A stretch of 64,000 nucleotides of DNA, from the NCBI GenBank assembly GCA_951406725.2, contig OX597822.1, forward strand, positions 111,724,001 through 111,788,000, written 5' to 3'. The position numbers and the translations under genes were made by a program. This DNA comes from Octopus vulgaris. Its lineage: Eukaryota. The notes under the pieces were generated by a model. The model did no database searches. It saw only the letters and a program-made list of their open reading frames with translations, and was not told the DNA's origin. Positions 13,483 to 26,428 of the stretch are shown here, piece after piece. Each line of letters starts with the position of its first letter. Positions within the stretch are counted from its first letter, which is position 1.

Positions 13483-14335
13483 TATATGATATACATACAT
13501 ATACATATATCTATAAGCGATTATATGTATACAGACTCTTAAATATAGATAGAAATACATAAACCAGTTTGCAATGAAGAATCATTCTTTGTGATAAACT
13601 GTTAAACTTATCAGTCCTCAATGCTGTAGAAGAAAAAGTAGTTGTTACGAGGAATTGCTTAACTTCAAATCTTCACTAATATTCAACCGAATGATTCCCG
13701 ATGAAATTTATGATGTTGGCTGTTGTGATATCCAAACTATGGCTATCTTATATATTTTCTTGATGATATATTTGCATTAAAGATATTATGAATCCGCATT
13801 GATAAGAAATTATGTAACGGAGGATTCAAGAGTTAATCTTAAGGATTAGGTTGAAAATATCTTAATAAATAATCAATAGGTTTCTCCGGGTCCTCCCGCA
13901 CTGAATGTAATTTACAAAGCAATACTATTCGAAATAACAATTAGAGAGTGAGCGTACACCAGATGTTTTCTTTGTTCTTGCAGAACCTTTCAAATACTGA
14001 CACCCGAGTTCATATCGCGTAAGAGTAGTAGCCGACCAAAGCAGTCCAAGAACGCGGCTTTCGTCCAGAAAGTTCAACTGAAACAAAGACACACGTAAAA
14101 ACACTTATGTGTGCGTCAGTGTGAACGTGAGTGAGTGCGCGTGAGCGTATATATATTTATATATATATGTATATACATACATTTGTGTATATATATATAT
14201 ATACTTTATCACATTACAATATATATGTTATTCTTTCACTTTTATTCTTCGAGTTTTGACACGTAATACGGATCTAATGCCTATGTTGCATCGTTTTAAT
14301 CGAAAAAATTAACTATATATATATATATATATATA

Positions 14336-14744
14336 GGCGCAGGAGTGGCTATGTGGTAAGTAGCTTGCCTACAAACCACATGGTTCTGGGTTCAGTCCCA
14401 CTGCCTGGCATCTTGGGCAAGTGTCTTCTGCTATAGCCTCGGGCCGACCAATGCCTTGTAAGTAGATTTGGTAGACGGAAACTGAAAGAAGCCTGTCGTA
14501 TATATGTATATATATGCATGTATGTGTATGTATATGTTTGTGTCTGTGTTTGTCCCTCTAGCATTGCTTGACAACCGATGCTGTTGTATTTACGTCCCCG
14601 TCACATAGCGGTTCGGCAAAAGAGACCGATAGAATAAGTACTGGGCTTACAAAGAATAAGTACCGGGGTAGATTTTCTCGACTAAAGGCGGTGCTCCAGC
14701 ATGGCCGCAGTCAAATGACTGAAACAAGTAAAAGAGTAAAAGAG
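14336..14744 (+). mobile_element. tRNA-derived SINE family C (full length, internal TA/TG microsatellite)
   Basis: Head GGCGCAGGAGTGGCTATGTGGTAAG...GGTTCAGTCCC and tail (GTAAAAGA)n. Fragments at ~12070-12200, 15700-15830, 16520-16690, 46745-46875 (-) and 47075-47152 (+). Confidence 0.85.
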
Positions 14745-15362
14745 TATATATATATGTTAGTTTGAACGATTATATTATCAGGGCGGATATTGTGAAGTCG
14801 TTGTCGTTGTAATGTGAAATGTTCTGTTGACAATAGAATGATTATCTCTATGAACTGTTATATTGTTTTAATCGAAATGAAAATTAAATTTCGTATTGAC
14901 ACTGACCAGCCCTCACATACATATAGTGTGTTTAATAATATACTTAACACGGATGCGAAGACTGTGAAACATATAGACTCTCATACACTCACACACATTC
15001 ATTCACAGGCAGATACACAGTCATATACGAAATGTGACGTCGTCGTCGTCGTTGTTAGTATTAGATGTAAAATATAAAAGTGAAACTTTATCACATTACA
15101 ATATAGATGTTATTTTTTCACTTTTATTCTTCGAGTTTTGACACGTAGTACGGGACCAATGCCAATGTTGCATCGTTTTAATCGAAAAAGTTACATGTTG
15201 ACACTCACGGGGTCTGATAGTATTATCATGTAATATTTGATTTGATTTGGTTGATCCGTATTGGGAACAGAGAGAGCCGAAGAATTTTATATATATATAT
15301 AAATTATATAAAATAAGGATGGCTTGTTCGCAATTCTACAACGAAAACGCAGAAATATATAC

Positions 15363-15610
15363 GTTACTAGAGTGACTGACGACATTAGTCAGCAACAGTA
15401 TTGCTAGAAATAAGAGTTAAAACAACTCATAACCACTAGAAACACCTTATCTTCATGATTGACAAGGGAGGCAAGCAATTAGTAGGCGCTAAGGAAGCTT
15501 GCCTACCTTGTCAGTCATTAAAATAAGGCGCTCCTTGTTGCTATGATATGTTTTAACTCTTATTTCTAGCAGTAGTGGTGCTGCCTAGTGCCCTCAGTCA
15601 CTTTAGTGAC
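15363..15610. mobile_element. Foldback/MITE-like imperfect palindrome (~115-bp arms)
   Basis: GCTAGAAATAAGAGTTAAAACA pairs with TGTTTTAACTCTTATTTCTAGC, and TGACAAGGGAGGCAAGC with GCTTGCCTACCTTGTCA. Confidence 0.8.
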
Positions 15611-15611
15611 A

Positions 15612-15691
<80 letters not shown>

Positions 15692-16036
15692 ATGATTAAT
15701 TGAGTTTCCGTCCACCAAATCAACTCACAAGGGCGTTTGTTGAGCCGCAGTTATGATGGAATACACTTGCCCATGGTGCAATACAGTAGGATTGAACACT
15801 GAACCATGTGGTTAGAAAGAAAACCTCTACAACACACTCACAGGATTTGATATAAACTTAGAAATTTAGAGATGGTTTATATGAAATAGATCTGTGTATA
15901 GTAATGTATAATCCATTGAAACATACGGTAATGAGGATTGTGAAACCGTTGTGAACATAAATTTAGTGTGAAGTGAAATGATTAGCAACTCGTTCCCTTT
16001 CGTATAAGGATCAGTATCACCCCCATGGTCGTGTGA

Positions 16037-16077
<41 letters not shown>

Positions 16078-16177
16078 ATCCAAACAAGAAAACAAAAATA
16101 TATATATAGACAACAACGCAAGGACGTGGAACAAATAAAGTATTATTGGACACTCAGGAAAGAAGGGAAGAAGGAGG

Positions 16178-16212
16178 GTTTGACGTTTCGAGCGGAGCTC
16201 TTCGTCGGAAAC
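16178..16212 (-). ncRNA. Minimal hammerhead ribozyme in a ~210-bp Penelope-like fragment (16074-16280) within (TA)n
   Basis: Minus strand reads GUUU-CCGACGA-A-GAGC(UCC)GCUC-GAAA-CG-UC^AAAC. Confidence 0.7.
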
Positions 16213-16277
16213 ATAGGAGAAGGAAAGATCTAGAGAAGGGAAGACAGAGGAAAAAATCGCTAGTGATACAGACGAGG

Positions 16278-16328
<51 letters not shown>

Positions 16329-18184
16329 CTGTAGACAATTATCTTGATTGATCTCCCGTGTTAAGAATATATGTTTGTATATGTCTATATACATGTCTAC
16401 ATATATATGTATATAGACATATATAAACATATGTACATACTCATATAAATACGCACATAAACAGTACGCACAGAAGCAAACACAAAAACACACTCACAGA
16501 AATACACACACACACACACCTACATTCACGGTCTTCTTTCAATTTCCGTATACCAAATACACTCACAAACTTTGGTTGGCCCGAATTTATAGAAGAGGCT
16601 CGCCCGAGGTGACACGCTGTGGTACTGAACCCAGAATCATCTGGTTCGGAAGATAACTTATTACCGCACAATCACGTCTGCGCCTACATATATATAGTCA
16701 CACCCTTATATGGAAATTTCCGTTTCTTTCGTAACACTCTGCTTCGTATTATTTTCGTTGTTTACGTTTCTGTCTATCGAATTCTCTTTTTTGTTTCGAT
16801 CTCATAAAGGTCGCCTTCTTTTCGTCTCTCATCTTATATCACCGGTCAGGTTTTCACCTCCTCTGTCTGCTAAACTATCTTTCTATTTCTAAAAAAAAAT
16901 CTAACCCTTGCTCTACTTTTCTCTGACGCTTTACTGATTTCTCTCTAACTCTGCCAATTCCTGTCTTTCTCGGAATGTGACTATGTATGTATCTTGATCA
17001 TTATTTCATATTGTGAAATAATCAATATTCCAGGAACTATGTTACATGAGTAGCCGTCTTGGCAGTTAATAACAATCTTAATTAGTATCAATTCATTCAA
17101 TATCCTGCGTGCAATATTTTTTTAATGATAACTTAAAGCTTAAAGCTATGGTTTTCATACAGCACATATACAGAAATCAAAAAATCGAAAGATGAATATG
17201 TTTATTAAATTACAAAAACGGAGGAAAAAATATCTTTTCATATTTAAATTTTTGAGATCTTTAAATGGTTGGCATCCCACATTCACGAGTATTTTAGAAA
17301 ATATATTTATTGAATTATCTAACTTTTCATTGCCAACTTCGGATTCTAGTACAGCAAAATAGTGGAGACTATTCACTCCTAAAATGGTTCTTAATTCGGA
17401 ATAGACTTTTATGAAGACACGACCATCCGCAATACAACAATACATTTAAAATAATACGATTATTGTATAAATACAATGTGATGCATATAATTGTACTGAA
17501 AGAGGTAAATACAATCTTAAGGTAACCATTTCGAACTGGGTACGATAGCGGTAAAATTCACTAAATTAACCACAAATAAACTTCACTTGGTCAAATCTTA
17601 AGCTTAAGGGCTCCTAATCCTGGAGGAGTCTTCTGAGGGAACCACATTTTTTTAATCTGTCAAGTTTTTGTTTTTGTAGATTTTTGTTACCAGTCTTAGT
17701 GGACGACATCATCTCACACTCCTAAGCAGAGTCTAGACAAGTAGTGTCTTGCCACAAGCTGTTCCACTCACTGCCATTGTGGAGTGGTACAAAAAAGAAA
17801 TGTACAAAGAACTCGCAGATAATTCACTTTTCTTGAACTATTTAGGAAACGTCACCCCTGCCCCTCCCATCGTCAAATATATCTACTATTACATCAGCAC
17901 AGTAGAGATAAGAATTCTTATTTTCTCATCGGTACACCAATATTTAATGACCGATGAAAAAGTTTGCCACCTAATTTTGGACTCACAATCTGTTCAGCAA
18001 CAAAGCATTTTTCTACTTCAAAAATTGTTTGAATATTGCCTTGTACAAAATGAACAATTCGTCATTTATGACTATATATTAAGCTGTAGACACTTATCTT
18101 GATTGATCTCTATTTTGCAGTGCTAATGAAAATATTACCTTATTTTTTTTTTACTCGGATGTCTAGGCCCCAAGAGGAATAACT

Positions 18185-18377
18185 ATGCCTTCAAGAATGT
18201 ATATAAGCGGATACCAGAAACACCAACTCAAGGAAAAGCAATCTAACGAAGATTTTAAATGTCAAAAGCTATCAAAATATTTTACAATGTCAAGTGAAAG
18301 TTTACCATCATCTGCAACAGAAACACGTCATGCAAGCACCAGGGAAGTCAATGACAGTGCACAAACCATGAGTGCTC
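18185..18377 (+). pseudogene. Possible hAT transposase N-terminal relic, interrupted by a SINE
   Basis: MPSRMYISGYQKHQLKEK...KLSKYF resembles the SG.QKRK.K...KL..YF N-termini of hAT transposases; no catalytic domain seen. Confidence 0.35.
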
Positions 18378-18794
18378 AAGGCGGTGAGCTATCAGAATCG
18401 TTAGTACACCGCGCGAAATGCATAGCGGTATTTTGTCTGCCGCTATGTTCTAAGTTCAAACTCCGCCAAGGTCGACTTTGCCTTTCATCCTTTCGGGGTC
18501 GATTAAATAAGTACCAGTTACGCACTGGGGTCAATATAATCGACTTAATCCGTTTGTCTGTTCTTGTTTGTACCCTCTGTGTTTAGCCCCTTGTGGGCAG
18601 TAAAGAAATAGATATTTCGTCTGCCGCTACGTTCTGAGTTCGAACTCCGCCAAGGTCGACTTTGCCTTTCATCCTTTCGGGGTCGATTAAATAAATACCA
18701 GTTACGCACTGGGGTCAATATAATCGACTTAATCCGTTTGTCTGTCCTTGTTTGTCCCCTCTGTGTGTAGCCCCTTGTGGGTAGTAAAGAAATA
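18378..18794 (+). mobile_element. SINE family A (Nin-like central domain): head plus one extra tandem body
   Basis: Core GTCGACTTTGCCTTTCATCCTTTCGGGGTCGATTAAATAAGTACCAG. 17-bp TSD ACAAACCAT[G/C]AGTGCTC at 18361-18377 and 18795-18811. Confidence 0.9.
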
Positions 18795-20039
18795 ACAAAC
18801 CATCAGTGCTCTATAGCAGTAATCAACCTACTGTTGACACTTATGTTGCAGATGATAATCACAGTGGTCAAGAACTTCAAGAAAAAAGAGAGCTGAAACA
18901 GGAAGGAGGAAGCAAATTTAGTGATTTCAAAGAATACAGTGACCTGCCATAGTGGCCCGCAACAATTGATAATGATTTCATACAAAATTGTGTAATTCAA
19001 GGCAGCTTGTATTTAAATATTCATTGTTATTGCATCACATTTTCAGAAAAGTAACTAACTGTGGATGAAACAAGGTATGTGCTCTATACCACTGAACCTC
19101 GTTCACACAGGAGTGGCATTTTAGAGTTGTCTACTTCGATATATCCTTCACGGATTGAAATTATAGACATAATTTATGTAGGAATACTATGAAATTCAAC
19201 CCATTAGATATCTCATCTTGGCGTAATAGATATTTTTGTAAAATATTTTGTCGTTTATGAGAACCTAATAAAAAACAAGAGATACATATTTTCGAATACA
19301 TGCATGGAAATGCCTTATTTTAAAAGAAATAAAGCAGGAACATGATTTACTTACTCCTTAGCAAAATGCGAAACTGGGTTTGGCATTAGCGGGTTGCCAA
19401 ACTATGGCGAGAGGAATTTAAAATTCAATCAATAAATACTGCGGACTCAACAAAAGGTTAGTCATATGAAAAGAATGATTTATTGGGATTAGAAATACTT
19501 GCGTTTCATTGGAAACCGAATTCCGTCAGTACTCAATATGCTATGATCGAGAATATGCTTCTCTACCAAACGTATTCAGTCACTCACAATGACTATCGAA
19601 TACAAGTATCAAAAGTCCAATAGGTTATTCTCCTGAGAGAATTGTGGAAACCAAGAACCAACATCCAGTCAAAATCAAAATTATACGACAGAGATAAGAT
19701 GGCAACCGTTACTCTGATGCACAGTGACCGATTACGAAAAACAGAAGTTAATAAAGAATTTTAAAAATCTGAAAGTGAAAGGTGCATTACGATTTCAGCA
19801 AAGATTTTCTATTTATAGCAAAAATCCGCTATATAAAGCAACGATATTGACGGGGATCGATACGAAATATTGATCTGCTGTTATTCGTGACACATCAAGC
19901 TGCAAAATAACATCTAGCACAGATTGAAACTCCTTGCTTTAAAGAGGCGAGCAATCAATTTCAATAACCTCGATATACAGAAATATTCATTCTTTCATGT
20001 AATTTGGACATTCAATGACACATAGTATTGTGATGCACG

Positions 20040-20512
20040 AAGGCGGCAAGCTGGCAGAAACGTTAGCACGCCGGGCGAAATGCTTAGCGGTATTTCGTCT
20101 GCGTTACGTCGTGAGTTCAAATTCCGCCGAGGTCGACTTTGCCTTTCATCCTTTCGGGGTCGATTAAATAAGTACCAGTTACGCACTGGGGTCGATATAA
20201 TCGACTTAATCAGTTTCTCTGTCCTCTCTGTGTTTAGCCCCTTGTGGGTAGTAAAGAAATATATATATATATATATATATTCTTTAAAAAGATGACGGCG
20301 GCGAGCTGGCAGAAACGTTAGCACGCCGGGCGAAATGCTTAGCGGTATTTCGTCTGCGTTACGTTGTGAGTTCAAATTCCGCCGAGGTCGACTTTGCCTT
20401 TCATCCTTTCGGGGTCGATAAATTAAGTACCAGTTACGAACTGGGGTCGATGTAATCGACTTAATACCTATGTCTGTCCTTGTTTGTTCCCTCTGTGGGT
20501 AGTAAAGAAATA
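20040..20512 (+). mobile_element. SINE family A dimer (two headed copies)
   Basis: Two headed units separated by (TA)n and a short linker. 16-bp TSD AGTATTGTGATGCACG at 20024-20039 and 20513-20528. Confidence 0.9.
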
Positions 20513-21540
20513 AGTATTGTGATGCACGTACAAACTGATAACAGCTGGGCGCTAAGCATCAGCATCGCAAGAACACAACACGAATGTAAATTATCTCTTC
20601 TTCTATGTGGGCAGTTGAAAGAAAATGTCAGAAAACTGAATATTACCAACTCAGGCGGGAAGAAGCTTTCGCTTAGTCGTTTCTAGATTGAGAGATATAT
20701 GCTCCATTGTATTAATAGTATCTCTTCAGGCGATTATAAAAATTTAGAAACAGAAATACATCTCTGAAGCTCAAACATAGTAGCGGAAATAATCTGAAAA
20801 TCTCTCTCTTAACTCTGGATAATTACTTTTTGGGCCAGCGAATATGAATTTATCATAGATTATCAGATTCACCGGAAATTTTCGACTAGAAAGATTCTCG
20901 AGTAAGAAAATGTTGTTAAATATCCTCAACGGTTCAGAATATTTGTTATCGGAAGAGATTACAAAATCGAGAAGCTACAATAATTTTCATATTAATCCTA
21001 CACAATATAAAGTGTTATTGCAAAATATAAGGTAATGCCATATATGTAAATAGCAAGACTAGAAAAAGTATAACCAGTTCTGATGATTTCAGCATCAGTA
21101 ATAAAACACGCAAGCTTTATGTTAATCGATGGGATAGTTACTACGGCATACAGTTACACACAAACACACACACACATACACACACACATATACATACACA
21201 GAAGCATACGTACAAACATAGGCGGACACGCAAGCACACACGCACACTCACAAACATTGGCGAAAACGAGCAATAAAATGTTGGTTAAGTTTCCTGTTTT
21301 ATCATACTTTTAGATGGCAGTGAAGGAGTTGCACATTGATAGTCCAATACAATGACGTATTAATTTGATTGAATTCACTTGTATTCATTAATGGAGAGAT
21401 CTACCGTAAACGAAACTAGTAAGTCTCATCACAATTCTTTGCTGAGATAATTTTGTCGCAAGAATAACTAATAAGCCCTAAAAGACGCGAAGATAAATAC
21501 AAATCTCAATCGATAATCCCTAGTGTAGCGAGTGACCTAC

Positions 21541-22072
21541 CTATTTCTTTACTACCCCGAAGGGGCTAAACATAGAGGGGACAAACAAGGACAGACAAAG
21601 GGATTAAGTCGATTACATCGACCCCAGTGTGAAACTGGTACTTTATTTATCGACCCCGAAAGGATGTCTTTTTTTACTACGCACAAGGGGCTAAACAGAG
21701 AAGGGACAAACAAAGACAGACAAACGGATTAAGTCGAGTACATCGACCCCAGTGCGTAACTGGTACTTATTTGATCGACCCCGAAAGGATGAAAGGTAAA
21801 GTCGACCTTGGCGGAGTTCGAACTCAGAACGTAGCGGCAGACGAAATATCTATTTCTTTACTGCCCACAAGGGGCTAAACACAGAGGGTACAAACAAGAA
21901 CAGACAAACGGATTAAGTCGATTATATTGACCCCAGTGCGTAACTGGTACTTATTTAATCGACCCCGAAAGGATGAAAGGCAAAGTCGACCTCGGCGGAA
22001 TTCGAACTCAGAAGGTAACGACAGACGAACTACTGCTAAGCATTTTGCCCGGCGTGCTAACGTTTCTGCCAG
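21541..22072 (-). mobile_element. SINE family A concatemer (3 bodies)
   Basis: Reverse complement of family A with repeated ~180-bp bodies. Confidence 0.9.
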
Positions 22073-23559
22073 TAAGTTTCCCACACTCTTAATGTGATAA
22101 CAGAAAATTTATCTGATAAATTCGATTATGACATAAAATATGGTGACATGTGGGCAAGAATTGGGCAGTGCCAAACTAAACTCTACAATATACGTGTCTG
22201 ATTCGTACGTCTTCACTGCAACATGCAATCTTCAGTCAAATATATATGAGAATAAATTTGCCTTACGATTTCTTGACGTTACAGGTGTATAATTTGGATT
22301 AAAACTACTATCTATGTATTTTCTATTTCTAAATTATTATCATATAGCTTGTTTCTAAACATCAGTCAGCAAATTCCATAGAATGATAGAGAAGTATATA
22401 GCATTTAAATAAGTGTCCTATATTCATATACTTATTGCTTTCATGACACAAATCAGCCTTCCTTGAAAAAAGTGCTTTTACTTTCAAATACCTGTAAAAC
22501 TTGAAATCATAGATTTTTTTCTAAATTGCTGTTAAAGAAGAGAAAAATATGAATATAGCTTAGAGATTCTATCATTAAAAAACGTGAGCAATTTTCTAAT
22601 AGAAATTTTCATATCAATTCGGTACATACGTTATAGTTAGGAAACGTTCGAATAAATCCAATTCATACTAAAATTTGAACTGTAAATGCTGCAAAATAGC
22701 TTTGAGCTTTACAAAACAAATTAATTTTAATGAAGTAATTGAAAATTAAAAATCTTGTATTTTGCTGTAATATATCTAATATCCCATGGACATTAAATTA
22801 TAATAAATCACTTTATTAAATGCTGTTTCGTGGTAGGAACAAGCTGAAAATCCTTTAATTCTTATGGATAGTATATCAGTTGCTTCATGAACAACTTAAT
22901 TAACAAGGAGAGTTGAGATCGTGCAGATACTTAAGTATTAATGTATTATATATTAAGCATCAATTTTATTTTTTTTAAATAGTCCTGCATAAATTAAAGC
23001 TATAACTGTTACAATATTTCACTTTGCACATAACAAAAACAAACAACATACCAAACTATATTCTTTACCATTAAATCTAATTAATACATCAGGTTCCTAG
23101 TTTACTAATCTTCTTTTAATGATTATAATATAGATTGAGTGTTTTATTGTAAACCTTTTTCCGAATTTTCTCTTAGATTTAACAAGAGCTTTCATCGTAT
23201 TCTAGAAGATTTATATAAGGTTTCGATGATATAACAAGAATAAAACGGAAAGAAAGTGCGGTTGAATTGGGCAAATAAAATAAATTTAAAACACTGCAAA
23301 TAGTTAAAACCACTTGATAACATTTTGAATCAATTTCTGAACCATATTAATTAAACAGAGTCGTTGAGAAAACAATTATTGCCACGTGAAAAGATTTTCG
23401 TTTGTATTGATTTCTTACATTGATACGATGAGATTTTAAAACTTTATTTGCAAGGAATTCTGTTTCTCTACAGCTGAGTTGACTGATATCAAAACCGAGC
23501 GATTTCAAGCAGAATTCAGTATGCAATTTGCTATCTTCCATCCCATTCAGTCTGATATT

Positions 23560-24830
23560 GGTTTGACATTTTTGGCGCAAGTCTATCAATTTTAGGAGAA
23601 CAGGCCTAGTCGAGTACATTGGCCCAAAGACGAAAGGCAAAGTGGACACTGTTGGCATTTGAACACAGAACGGAAAGATTTTAAAAAAACGCCACTAATC
23701 ACTTACAATCAGTTTATTAGCTTTAAATTTTTGGCGCAAGGGCAACAATTTCTATGTTGGTGATAATGTTATCAACTCCGAAAGCAGTAATGGCAAAGTC
23801 GACCCTAGCGGTATTTCAACTCAGAGTATAATGTCGGTAGAGATGCTGCAAACCTTTTGTCCTTGGGGGAAAAGATTCTGCCAGATCGCCGCCTTATTTA
23901 TAATCGAATACTAATCTTGAATGTTGGTAAAAGGTTAGCAATTTTGGGCGAAGAGATAAATCGATTACATCAATTCCAGTGTTCAGCTTGGACTTATTTT
24001 ACCAAATCCGAAATGATGAAAGGCAGAGACGACCTCAGCAGAAATTGAACTCGGAGCGTAAAGAAGGTCGAAATGCCGCTAAGCATTTTCCCCGGCATGT
24101 TAAGTTTTCTGCTAGCCCCCCCCCCCCCCCCGCCTTATTTCCTCTCGAATATTGCTTTCAAATTTTGGCACAAAGACAGTAGTTTCTGGTGAGGGGATAA
24201 ATCTGTAATATCAACCCCAGTACTTAACTGGTACTTATTTTATCGACTTCGAATGGATGAAAGACAAAGTCAGTCTCGGCAGAGTTTGAACTCAGAATGT
24301 AAAGACGGATGAAATGCTACTAAGCATTTTGCCTGGCGTGCTAAGGGTTCTGCCAGTTTGCCGACTTATTTCCATTCGGAAATTTGTTTCAAATGATGGC
24401 AGAAGGTCAACAATTTTATGTGTGTGTGTATGCGTGTGTGTGTGTGTGTGTGTGTGTGGTGGGAGTGGCATAAATCGATTACGTCGATTCCAGTGTTAAC
24501 CGAATCTGAGAGGATGAAAGGCAAAGACGACATCAGTGGAATTTGAACTCAGAACCTAAAGGCAGACGAAATGCCTCTAACCATTTTGCCCGGCTAATTA
24601 TTCTGCCAATTCGCCGCCTTAATACTGATTTCAAATTTTATAATACAAAGCCAACAATTTTGAGGAAAGGGGTTAAAGTCGATTACATCGACTCCAGTGC
24701 TTTCGACCCCGAAAGTTTGAAGGGCAAAGTCGACCTTAACGGAATTTGAACTCAGAATGCAAGGATAGACGAAATGCAGCTAAGCATCTTGTTCGGCGTT
24801 CTAACGATTCTGCCAGCTTACTGCCTTGTT
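23560..24830 (-). mobile_element. Cluster of about 6 old, diverged family A-related SINEs in the same orientation
   Basis: Repeated degenerate GAAAGGCAAAGTCGAC...GAATTTGAACTCAGAA motifs. Confidence 0.75.
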
Positions 24831-26095
24831 TCCATTAAAATTTTACAAACTGATTTCATTCGTTTCGCGTAACCGTGAAGGAAGCTTATAAAAGTGGAAT
24901 ATTATACATAACCTTTAGTAAAGATCAGTATCTCTCACCGGGCTATTAACTTTTATGCAGAATTGGCAATATAATACTCAGACCTCTCCATTTTCCTGTC
25001 TATTAACGCTGTATTGGATTAGAGTTATTAGATTAGCTTCATAATGGAAATTAAACTGGTCAGATTAGAATTGTTATGAGAGAAATATACCTATTTTGTA
25101 GGCGCTTTATTATATTTCCGGCTTATCAAAAATTGGAATACTAATTAAATATTAATGCGAAACTTACGGATAACTAGGTCTATGAAATGATATACGATTT
25201 CCATGACATTCTCAGCTGCCAGGGCAATAGAAATATTATAATTCTTATGGGAATCGAAAGCTGGACGTCAGTATATTGATTTATAGGGAGTTACGTTAGT
25301 TTATGTAATCTAACGAGGATATATTTTATAAGATAACTGCGTACTACCAAGGCTTCGCTTGTAAGCTATTTTATATTCCTTTTGACTGATGTTTCCTAAT
25401 GTGTCTTCTGTCTGAAAATATTTTTTAAAAATTTTCATGACTACGTTTTTGTCCGGTCACTAATCCCGAGAACATAAGACAATTTCAACGTAACCTATAT
25501 TTTAAGTTTTATGATATTACTTAGCTAAGTAGTTTATATAATTTTTGAATTTTATTTATCAATATTATTTATATTGCAATATTTCCTTTGAACTCGCAAT
25601 AAAATACATTTTCCTGTTTCTCTTAATGGACTAACTTCCAAATGTAGTGTGTATTCTATTATTTACTTTTCCTGTCAATATTTATTTTGTTTTGAGCAAA
25701 GTCATCAATAATATGCAGTCTTTTGGAAAATAGTACTACGGGATCAAAGCTATGAAAGAAATCGTTATTATATTGGATTTTGTGCAGAGCTTTCAAATGG
25801 GCTTTATTTTTTAAAAAAATATATTCATCATTCATAAATATTTACTTCACAAAAATTGAAATTGCAATATAATTTTTAAAAGTCCATGTCATTGCCAAAT
25901 CTCTTAGATGAGTAGTTTTAAATTATATAGAACCTCTATGGATCTGAAATGTCTAACGACATTTTATTTATGACGTCAACCTGTGTTTTATACACATATG
26001 CATTCTCTAATCTTTTACTAATGTGGTTGTAGTATTTGTGTTATCCTTGCTGTCTTCACATGCAAAAGTTTAAATGAAAGCTTATATTCATCAAT

Positions 26096-26428
26096 GCAGT
26101 TGTATACAGTCAACTTAACGTGACAGTCCCATAAAGGGAATCACACTACCGCTATTTAGCCCTAGGAAGCATCAACGCTTCCTGTCGGCCTTGACACATT
26201 TCCTGTGTCCTTATGTTTACAAAGGGGAGACAAGCACCCCCATCCAGCTAAGCATGCATCCAGAGACTAGTTTCTGAGTCTTGCTCGTCATCACTCTGGT
26301 GTAGCATGGTTTGTCATCAGTCTGGAGTAGCAAGGCCGACAGGAAGCGTAGATGATTCCGAGGGCTAAATAACGGTGGTGTGGTTCTCTTTATGGGACTG
26401 TCACGTTAAGTTGACAGTATACAACTGC
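26096..26428 (-). mobile_element. MITE-like element (~99-bp inverted termini) with internal hammerhead; related to the 5659 element
   Basis: GCAGTTGTATACAGTCAACTTAACGTGACAGTCCCATAAAG... is inverted at the right end. The interior is colinear with 5700-5870 (TAGCCC.AGGA, CTGTG.CCTTATG, CAAAGGG). Confidence 0.8.
26260..26299 (-). ncRNA. Minimal type I hammerhead ribozyme (C3 mutated in this copy)
   Basis: Minus strand reads CCAGA-GUGAUGA-CGAG(CAAGA)CUCA-GAAA-CUAG-UC^UCUGG. An adjacent partial duplicate at ~26312-26331 retains the canonical CCAGACUGAUGAC. Confidence 0.7.

Noticed and set aside
21855-21900. CCCACAAGGGGCTAAACACAGAGGG in SINE family A as a possible HDV-like ribozyme end
   Set aside because: Could not build the nested double pseudoknot (P1, P1.1, P2, P3) by eye.
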